From: Clostridia bacterium
GTDB lineage: Bacteria; Bacillota; Clostridia; RGIG6154
Assembly: GCA_017626145.1 (NCBI GenBank)
Contig: JAGAJK010000060.1
Coordinates: 135,910-199,909, forward strand
Direction of reading: 5' to 3'
DNA: 64,000 bases
In this document: positions 56,812 through 64,000 of the stretch, piece by piece
How the letters are laid out: each line of letters begins with the position of its first letter
How positions within the stretch are numbered: position 1 is the first letter of the stretch
Translations under genes and position numbers: made by a program
Notes under the pieces: model-generated
The model's input: only the letters and a program-made list of their open reading frames with translations
Database searches by the model: none
What the model was told of the DNA's origin: nothing

Positions 56812-59511
56812 TTATTTTAAATAATTTTCAAGAATCAATATGTTCTCTTTCATATAGTTCATAGAATTACCAAACTCATTCCAATTACCTTCAGCAGCAT
56901 TTTTTTCCAAATCATAATATGAGTTAATGATATTGTTAAGAATTTCTTCATCAACAACATCATCAGAAAATTCATCATATTCAGTGGATTCAGAATATAC
57001 TATATCCGTAGATAATACTCGAGAAAGTGCCCCCTGAACACTTGTGTCCATTGCAATTCTGTCACCGAGTGCTACAATTACCCTTTGCAGTACCGGAAGA
57101 GCAGCCTGGTTTTCGGAATTAAGATATACAGGTTCTATATACAAAATTGTGTTATTTACAGGTATAACCAACAAATTCCCTCTTATAACATTCCCTTCAC
57201 CCGTATTCCATAAAGCGAGCTCTTTTGATATTTCAGAATCATTGTCAATAAGATTCTCAATTTGGAGTGGACCGTATATACTTAAATTTTTGGGAAATTT
57301 ATATGCTATGATTTTACCATAATTTTTACCACTATTCCCCACAGCAATCCAGGATACCATATTTTCTCTGTTATACATAGTGTACGGAAGCATAAGCACC
57401 ATCTCTTCAGAATTATTATTAAATTCTTCGAGTTTAAGATAATTATAGTAAGGTAAAATCTGTCTTATATCGTTATTGTATTTTTCATTAGCGATCTGAT
57501 ACATATCGCTATTATTGTAAAAAGCTGCAGCTTCGGTAGTATGATAAAGGGCATAAACCTTACTTTGTAAAGAAAAGAGCCACTCCGGATAAGAGGATTT
57601 TTCAGCAAGTTCATCTGGGAAATTTTCATTTTCAAAGATATCCGGGTATGTTTTTTTATAAGTATTAATGACGGGATCTTTTTTATCTATAATATAAAAT
57701 TTAGTATCACCTGTATATGCATCTATAACTACTTTTACAGAATTTCTAATGTAATTAATTCCATCATTATCCGCGGAGTAAGGTAACAAATCACTGTAAG
57801 TATAAGCATTGATTACCCATTTGATACCTCCATCTGTAATCACACACTGTGGGTCCGGATCATATTTAAGAAAAGGAGCAACCAGCTTAGCTCTTTCAAT
57901 TATATTAGTATTTACCAAAAGACGACTTTCTGAATGAATTTGATTAGTTACAAGCATTTTATAATCCATTTTAATTACAGAATATATAACTTTATTTAAA
58001 AAGTTGAGTTTTATACCAGAATCAGCATCATATGAAAATACATAGTCAACTACGCCTTCGGAATAATCTAGTTCCGAAGTGTTAGTATTAACGATAGAAT
58101 AGTCGTTTTTTTGCTCGCCATAATAAATTCTTGGTTGAACGATTTCATTTGAACCTGTGTCATTAAGCAGCGTCATATCTTTAATATAATAATGTGGTTC
58201 ACCTTTAACTGTTACCTTATTGGTTGCCATCATAACAGCACCATATCCGTGAGTGAACTTAAGTTTTTCATTAGTATAATTTTTGGCACTGTCTTCAATA
58301 TTTGATTTATCAAGTTCTCTTACACCAATAGCAACCATCTCTTTTTTACCATTAACATCATAAAGTGCAACATCGATATCTGAAAATCTGTAATAACTAC
58401 GCATCGCCTGAATTTGATTTGTAGCAGTCAAAGCACTATTGTAATCAATAATTCTTGTATTGGTCACAATGCTATTATCACTGAAATCTGACTTGGATAC
58501 AGTATTATCGACGTGATATGTTGTTTCTTTAACATCCTCGATATTGTAACCAAAACGAGTAGCTTTAATATTATTTTCAATATAGGGATATTCAACCATT
58601 ACTTCATTAGGTGAAACATAAAACGACTGCAAGCAAAATGATAAAATCACTCCTAATAAAACTGATCCTGAAATAACTATAAATGAAATAACGATTGATT
58701 TTATTCTGTTTTTTCGTGAAAAAGAAACAAATAGAATACTAAACAATAGTATAATTGAAATGAACTTATACAAATTCATTTTCATAACCACATCGACAAA
58801 ACCAGCACCATCGAGGCCTGCAAATTCAGAATATACTAAATCATATGATCTCATCCACAAGCTGGCGGCGAATATAAGCATAAGTAATAATATAAGAAAT
58901 AATAAATGTGTAGAAATTCTTTTATTTCTTACCATATCTTTGAGATTTCTATGTGACAAATCCACATACATCAAAAAATAACATATAAAAACATATATTA
59001 AAGATACCAGCATAAAAGATATAAATGCCCTCAAAATTGAATCTACAAAAGGTTTAACAAAGAAAAAGAAACTTAAATCCAATCCACTAACTTCTTCAAC
59101 TCTGTTAAATTGAATTGCATTAAAACATAGCAAAAAATTTTTCGATAATAATCTACAATTAAACACAGAAGTTATTATAGAAATTGAAAAATTCAAAAAA
59201 TTAAAATAATTTTTATTTGAAAGAAAATTAGTTGTAATACTTTCATTATTCAGGTTTTTCTTAACCATATATGTGTTAAACTGAAAAAAGCAGAATAAAA
59301 TTAAAGAACTTAATATAAATACAGTAACATCAACTAAAAGATTCTTAAAATATGCATAAATAAAGTTATTACCAACATCAGAAATTTCAAGATATTGTAC
59401 ATATATTCTAACGGAAAAAAAGCACACTAATAATAGTACTACCAAAATTGTAAGTACAATTGAAAAAATTTTAAATTTTGACTTTTTTTCTTTTTTTATT
59501 TCAGCATTCAT
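56812..59511 (-). CDS. Large polytopic membrane protein (about 7 N-terminal TM helices plus a soluble domain of about 600 aa); possibly UPF0182 family
   Basis: 899-aa ORF. The first about 290 residues are strongly hydrophobic; the remainder has no catalytic motif I recognise. Family assignment is from memory of the architecture only. Confidence 0.45.
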   Translation of the reverse strand: MNAEIKKEKKSKFKIFSIVLTILVVLLLVCFFSVRIYVQYLEISDVGNNFIYAYFKNLLVDVTVFILSSLILFCFFQFNTYMVKKNLNNESITTNFLSNKNYFNFLNFSISIITSVFNCRLLSKNFLLCFNAIQFNRVEEVSGLDLSFFFFVKPFVDSILRAFISFMLVSLIYVFICYFLMYVDLSHRNLKDMVRNKRISTHLLFLILLLMLIFAASLWMRSYDLVYSEFAGLDGAGFVDVVMKMNLYKFISIILLFSILFVSFSRKNRIKSIVISFIVISGSVLLGVILSFCLQSFYVSPNEVMVEYPYIENNIKATRFGYNIEDVKETTYHVDNTVSKSDFSDNSIVTNTRIIDYNSALTATNQIQAMRSYYRFSDIDVALYDVNGKKEMVAIGVRELDKSNIEDSAKNYTNEKLKFTHGYGAVMMATNKVTVKGEPHYYIKDMTLLNDTGSNEIVQPRIYYGEQKNDYSIVNTNTSELDYSEGVVDYVFSYDADSGIKLNFLNKVIYSVIKMDYKMLVTNQIHSESRLLVNTNIIERAKLVAPFLKYDPDPQCVITDGGIKWVINAYTYSDLLPYSADNDGINYIRNSVKVVIDAYTGDTKFYIIDKKDPVINTYKKTYPDIFENENFPDELAEKSSYPEWLFSLQSKVYALYHTTEAAAFYNNSDMYQIANEKYNNDIRQILPYYNYLKLEEFNNNSEEMVLMLPYTMYNRENMVSWIAVGNSGKNYGKIIAYKFPKNLSIYGPLQIENLIDNDSEISKELALWNTGEGNVIRGNLLVIPVNNTILYIEPVYLNSENQAALPVLQRVIVALGDRIAMDTSVQGALSRVLSTDIVYSESTEYDEFSDDVVDEEILNNIINSYYDLEKNAAEGNWNEFGNSMNYMKENILILENYLK

Positions 59512-59537
59512 ACTTAATCACCTTAAAAATAACAACT

Positions 59538-60446
59538 TTATTCGAACAAAGCTTTAGCAAACTCTTCAGGATTAAATGGCTGAAGATCATCAATTTGCTC
59601 ACCGACACCAACAAATCTTACCGGAAGTTTCTGAGAATTTGCAAGACCAATAATAACTCCGCCTTTTGCCGTACCATCAAGTTTAGTAAGAACAAGACCG
59701 GTTAATCCCGTACTTTCATCAAATAATTTCGCTTGAGTAATTGCGTTCTGACCTGTTGTTGCATCTAAAACTAATAATATTTCTTTATCCGCATCAGGCA
59801 ATTCACGATTAACAGTACGAACAATCTTCTCGAGTTCGTTCATTAAATTCTTTTTATTATGCAATCTGCCGGCAGTATCACAAATAACAAGATCACTCCC
59901 TCTGTTTTTTGCAGCCGAAATTGCATCAAAAACTACCGCAGAAGGATCAGCACCTTCGTTATGTCTTACAATGTCACAATCAACACGTTCAGCCCATATC
60001 TGCAACTGTTCAGCAGCTGCCGCTCTAAAAGTATCTGCAGCCGCTAAAAGAACATTTTTACCAAGTGATTTGTAATAGGAAGCAATCTTCCCTATACTTG
60101 TTGTTTTTCCTACACCGTTAACACCAACAACAATTATTACAGATGGTTTGGTGTTTAATTGAACATTTTCTGAATTTTGAATAAGAATTTCACTTATAAT
60201 ATCTATTAAAACATTTTTGATTTCATCAGGTTCTTCAATCCTTGATTTTTTAACCTTATCTCTCAATTCATCTAAAATATACTCCGTTGTTTCAAAACCA
60301 ACATCTGACATAATAAGAATTTCTTCAAGTTCTTCGAATAATTCTTCATCAACTTTTACAAAAGCAGAAAAAACAGAATTAATTTTTTCAGAAAATTCTT
60401 TTTTAGTTTTGGTAAGACCATTTTTTAACTTTGCAAAAAAACTCAT
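59538..60446 (-). CDS. ftsY: Signal recognition particle receptor FtsY
   Basis: NG domain with GVNGVGKTT, DTAGR and TKLDGTAKGG. Downstream of smc, as is typical. Confidence 0.92.
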   Translation of the reverse strand: MSFFAKLKNGLTKTKKEFSEKINSVFSAFVKVDEELFEELEEILIMSDVGFETTEYILDELRDKVKKSRIEEPDEIKNVLIDIISEILIQNSENVQLNTKPSVIIVVGVNGVGKTTSIGKIASYYKSLGKNVLLAAADTFRAAAAEQLQIWAERVDCDIVRHNEGADPSAVVFDAISAAKNRGSDLVICDTAGRLHNKKNLMNELEKIVRTVNRELPDADKEILLVLDATTGQNAITQAKLFDESTGLTGLVLTKLDGTAKGGVIIGLANSQKLPVRFVGVGEQIDDLQPFNPEEFAKALFE

Positions 60447-60455
60447 AATTTCTCC

Positions 60456-63400
60456 TTATTTCAACAATTTTTGTTCTATGTTATCTATATCAAGATGCAA
60501 AAGCTTAGATACGCCTTTTTCCTGCATTGTAACACCGTAAAGTGCATCAGCTTCTTCCATAGTGCCACGTCTGTGTGTTATGATAGCAATCTGAGAACGT
60601 TTACTGATTTTTCTTAAGTATCTTGCAAAACGAGAAACGTTGACATCATCAAGAGCAGCCTCGATTTCATCGAGCACACATAAAGGTGATGGACGTACTT
60701 CAAGCAAAGCAAATATCAACGAAATAGCTATTATCGCTTTTTCTCCACCGGAAAACAGCGTCATATTCTGTAATTTTTTTCCTGGTGGTTGTGCAATAAT
60801 TTCAACGCCTGAACTCAGTACGTTTTCTTCATCAGAAAGAACAAGCATAGCTTCACCACCAAGAAACAGCTCTTTAAAAATGGAAGAAAAAGTATTGTTA
60901 ATAATTTCAAGCTGTTGAACAAATTGCTTTGTCATAAGACTTTCTATATCACTGATAACTTCAGCTAAAGCATTTTTTGCATTAACAAGATCATCTCTCT
61001 GATTACAAAGAAAATCATATCGCTCTTTTGTGATAGCATACTCTTCAATAGCACCTACATTAACATCTCCTAAAGCACGAATAGAATTCTTAAGTGAGTT
61101 AACCGTCTTTTGAACTTCTGCAGGATTTTCAACGGGTTTACTTATTTCCAAAGCTGCATTATATGTAAGTTCATAATCCTCCCAAAGACGGCTCGTAACA
61201 GAATTGAGGTCAGTTTCGGTTCTGGATAACTTACCTTCTATTCTGGTATGATCCTGCGACAATATAACAAGTTTCTCGTTAAATTCTTTAGTTTCTGTTA
61301 ATAATTTATTATACTCTTTTGAACAATCTTCACGTTGTGCTTTGATAGACAAAATCTTATTTTCCAAATCAGATTTAATATTCTCTTTCTCTGCAATAAG
61401 TAATTTAATCTCATTGATTTTATCATCAAAAGCTTTATTGGTTTTTTCTGCAATTTCACGATTTTTCTCGTCAATCTCGCTCTTAGCCTTCTTAATAACA
61501 GAATTATTGGAATCTATTCTTTCTGTAAGAACCGCTTTATCGCTTTCGTAATCGGAAATTTCAACTGTCTTTTTGATTATTTCATTGTTAAGATCTTTAA
61601 ATTTAACAGAATTCTTATCACTATTTTGTTGAATTGTATCGATAGTACTGTTAAGTGTTTCAATTTCCCTATCTGTTGCCAAAATATAGGTATCTGTATT
61701 CTGTATTTTAACTAAATTATCATTAATAATTGATTCAGTATCAGCTAAATTTGCTTTTAGTTGGTCAATTTCAGAAGTGCATTCATTAAGCACATTTGTG
61801 TAATGTTCAAGGTTATACTTAGTTTTATATATCTCACTTTGAGAAAGCTGATATAATGTATTAAGATTATCGCATTCAGAATTAAGCTGTAACAATAATG
61901 AACTTATATTATTAACTTTATCCGAGATTGTTTTTCTTGCCTGAGAAACATCGTCTAATTTACTTTTCAAGTTTTTAATTTTTGTAACTCTGGACAAAAA
62001 GCTTACATTTTTAGATAAATTACCACCTGTAATAGAACCACCGGGATTAAAAATTTCTCCATCAAGTGTAGCGATTTTATACTTTTGTTTAAATTTTTTA
62101 GAAAATGAAATAGCGTTCTCAATATTATCAATAATAATTGTTCTACCGAGAGCATCATCAACAACTTTACTGAATTTTTCATCCACATTAACTAATTTTG
62201 ATGCTATTGAAATATATCCTTTTTCAATTCTGAACTCTGAATCATCCAGTACCGTTCCTTTCACAGAAGATACCGGTAAAAAGGTAACTCTTCCGGCTTT
62301 GTTTCTTTTCAGGTATTCTATCGCTGTCTTAGCATCATTTTCATTATTAACAACAACATTTTGAAGATTGTTACCAAGAACAGCCTCAATGGCAACTGAA
62401 TATTCAGCGGGAACATCTATAACTTTCGCTAACGTTCCATAAACTTTAATATTATTTAACGCACCTTTATCGGATTCTTTTATAACAGTTTTAACGCCAA
62501 AAGCATAACCTTCCATTTCTTTTTCAAGTTCTTCTAAAACAGATATTTGAGAGGTTAAATTTTCAAAATCGATAGTTAATTTTTCAAGTTTACTTTTTGA
62601 TTCCTGAAATAAAACATTCTGTTTTTCGATTTCAGCACGTTTTGAATTCAAATCATTATTCAAAATTTCTGATTTTTTAATTTCATCTTCCAAGCGTAAT
62701 TTTTCACTCTCAGCACGTTTTTGATAAACTTCAATATCATCTTCTTTAAATTCAATATTTTCAATTATTGATAATTTTTTCTGTCTGTTAGCTTCGTTTT
62801 CAGCTTTTAATGAAGATTGTTCAGCTTTATATTCAGATAACTTTTTGTAGTGTTCTAAAATGATGTTATTATTTTTTTCTATTTCAAGGTCAGCATTTTC
62901 GTTTTCTTTGCTAATATTTTCAAATTCAATTTTTAATTTTTCAAGCTCTGAATTTAAAACACCAAGTGTTGCATTAACTTTTTCAAGTGATTCAGCAGCA
63001 TTTGAATTTTCTACTTCAGCAAATTGAATTTTTTGTAAAAGAGCCTTAATTTCATTATGAATTCTATCAGACATTTCGCCACTGAATTCTTTATTATTTT
63101 CGATAACTTTAATCTCATTTTCCAATGAATCAATGGCACTTCTGATTTCGTAAAGTTTTTCATTTTCAGTATTCTGATTTTCTTCTAATTGCTCCGAATA
63201 TGCCTGCTTTCGCTGCGCCTCTCGCTCATTATTATCTATAAATTGATGAACGTCATCAATTTGTTTATTACAGATGTCTATGTTTGATTTTAATTTCTCA
63301 ATTGATTCTTTATAGTTATCAATTAAGGCAACATTCAGACTAATTTCAATTCCTTTAAGTTCATCTCTCAAAGAAAGATACTTTTTCGCCTTTTCACTGT

Positions 63401-64000
63401 CTTTTCTCAAAGGCTCGACACGTGATTCTACCTCAGAAATTAAATCCATAATTCTTATAAGGTTTTCTTTAGTTTGTTCAATCTTTTTTTCAGATTCAGC
63501 TTTTCTGTACTTGTATTTAGAAATACCTGCTGCTTCCTCAATAATAACACGCCTGTCTTCAGGTTTAGCGGTAATAATTTCATCAATCTTACCTTGTCCG
63601 ATTATAGAATAACCGTCACGACCCATACCAGTATCCATCAATAGTTCATGGATATCCTTAAGTCGGCACGAAGATTTGTTAAGATAATATTCACTTTCTC
63701 CTGAGCGAAAATAACGTCTTGTTATAAGAACCTCATTGTAATCAACATTAAAAATACGGTCGCTATTATCAAAGCACATAGAAACTTCCGCAAACCCTAC
63801 CGGTTTACGAAGTTGAGTGCCGGAAAAAATAACATCCTCCATCTTGCCGCCACGAAGACTTTTAATACTTTGTTCGCCCATAACCCACCTGATAGCATCA
63901 GAAATATTACTCTTACCACTACCATTAGGACCAACAATCCCAATTATTCCTTTGTTAAATTCAATTCTTTCTTTATCAGGAAAAGACTTAAATCCCTGAA
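60456..64000 (-). CDS. smc: Chromosome partition protein Smc (N-terminus lies beyond the window end)
   Basis: C-terminal ABC signature LSGGEKA and Walker B LCVLDEIEAALD. Hinge region and long coiled coils. The frame stays open to position 64000, reading ...GPNGSGKSNISDAIRWVMGEQS with Walker A. Confidence 0.92.
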   Translation of the reverse strand, partial: QGFKSFPDKERIEFNKGIIGIVGPNGSGKSNISDAIRWVMGEQSIKSLRGGKMEDVIFSGTQLRKPVGFAEVSMCFDNSDRIFNVDYNEVLITRRYFRSGESEYYLNKSSCRLKDIHELLMDTGMGRDGYSIIGQGKIDEIITAKPEDRRVIIEEAAGISKYKYRKAESEKKIEQTKENLIRIMDLISEVESRVEPLRKDSEKAKKYLSLRDELKGIEISLNVALIDNYKESIEKLKSNIDICNKQIDDVHQFIDNNEREAQRKQAYSEQLEENQNTENEKLYEIRSAIDSLENEIKVIENNKEFSGEMSDRIHNEIKALLQKIQFAEVENSNAAESLEKVNATLGVLNSELEKLKIEFENISKENENADLEIEKNNNIILEHYKKLSEYKAEQSSLKAENEANRQKKLSIIENIEFKEDDIEVYQKRAESEKLRLEDEIKKSEILNNDLNSKRAEIEKQNVLFQESKSKLEKLTIDFENLTSQISVLEELEKEMEGYAFGVKTVIKESDKGALNNIKVYGTLAKVIDVPAEYSVAIEAVLGNNLQNVVVNNENDAKTAIEYLKRNKAGRVTFLPVSSVKGTVLDDSEFRIEKGYISIASKLVNVDEKFSKVVDDALGRTIIIDNIENAISFSKKFKQKYKIATLDGEIFNPGGSITGGNLSKNVSFLSRVTKIKNLKSKLDDVSQARKTISDKVNNISSLLLQLNSECDNLNTLYQLSQSEIYKTKYNLEHYTNVLNECTSEIDQLKANLADTESIINDNLVKIQNTDTYILATDREIETLNSTIDTIQQNSDKNSVKFKDLNNEIIKKTVEISDYESDKAVLTERIDSNNSVIKKAKSEIDEKNREIAEKTNKAFDDKINEIKLLIAEKENIKSDLENKILSIKAQREDCSKEYNKLLTETKEFNEKLVILSQDHTRIEGKLSRTETDLNSVTSRLWEDYELTYNAALEISKPVENPAEVQKTVNSLKNSIRALGDVNVGAIEEYAITKERYDFLCNQRDDLVNAKNALAEVISDIESLMTKQFVQQLEIINNTFSSIFKELFLGGEAMLVLSDEENVLSSGVEIIAQPPGKKLQNMTLFSGGEKAIIAISLIFALLEVRPSPLCVLDEIEAALDDVNVSRFARYLRKISKRSQIAIITHRRGTMEEADALYGVTMQEKGVSKLLHLDIDNIEQKLLK

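Overview
This is a 64 kb chromosomal segment from a low-GC, endospore-forming member of the Clostridia. The assignment rests on the complete spoIIIAA-AH operon, an SLH-domain surface protein, and an electron-bifurcating-type [FeFe]-hydrogenase. The window is densely packed with core housekeeping genes; its coding and regulatory elements, from start to end, are listed here.

- **1-5207:** a five-gene [FeFe]-hydrogenase operon. It encodes a NuoE-like subunit, a histidine-kinase-like ATPase, a thioredoxin-like 2Fe-2S ferredoxin, a NuoF-like subunit and the HydA catalytic subunit.
- **5286-7008:** rpmE; then a 550-bp AT-rich spacer and a stand-alone XerC/D-type tyrosine recombinase.
- **7055-11342 (minus strand):** a nifS-thiI-cinA/pncC-ppiB-galE cluster.
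- **11471-11636:** tRNA-Lys(UUU) and tRNA-Gln(UUG).
- **11786-12097:** a GIY-YIG protein.
- **12086-14025:** ptsH-ptsI.
- **14134-16810:** a class B penicillin-binding protein and an FtsW/RodA-family gene.
- **16923-21844:** spoIIIAA-AH followed by an Asp23-family gene.
- **21946-23487:** a sodium:alanine symporter (AGCS) gene, preceded on the minus strand by a glycine riboswitch with a terminator-type expression platform.
- **23880-25694:** a secreted protein with copper-amine-oxidase-N-type domains and a small hypothetical ORF.
- **25756-33122:** tsf, rpsB, pckG, rsmA, recR and an aconitase gene.
- **33137-36021:** three tandem M42 aminopeptidase paralogs; the most downstream appears to have lost its metal ligands.
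- **36025-39330:** murD, a DUF-type protein, rlmH and a HAD hydrolase.
- **39434-42280:** a roughly 950-aa SLH surface protein with about 5 Ig-like repeats and an acidic (EEVKD)n linker.
- **42458-45564:** ctsR-clpC with a CtsR operator; ClpC carries a McsA-type zinc finger fused at its N-terminus, and mcsA and mcsB are absent.
- **45678-47320:** a long Prs-like gene and a small P-loop protein.
- **47407-52630:** pgi, rel and recJ.
- **52652-56731:** trmD (with an unusual C-terminal extension of about 220 aa), rimM, a KH-domain gene, rpsP, ffh and ylxM.
- **56812-59511:** an approximately 900-aa polytopic membrane protein (UPF0182-like) inserted between ylxM and ftsY.
- **59538-64000:** ftsY and smc (partial).

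I saw no CRISPR array, prophage, IS element or recognisable defence island. The unusual features are a handful of domain-architecture and regulatory oddities, listed as findings. All calls rest on motif-level reading of the supplied translations and on conserved synteny. No database searches were run.
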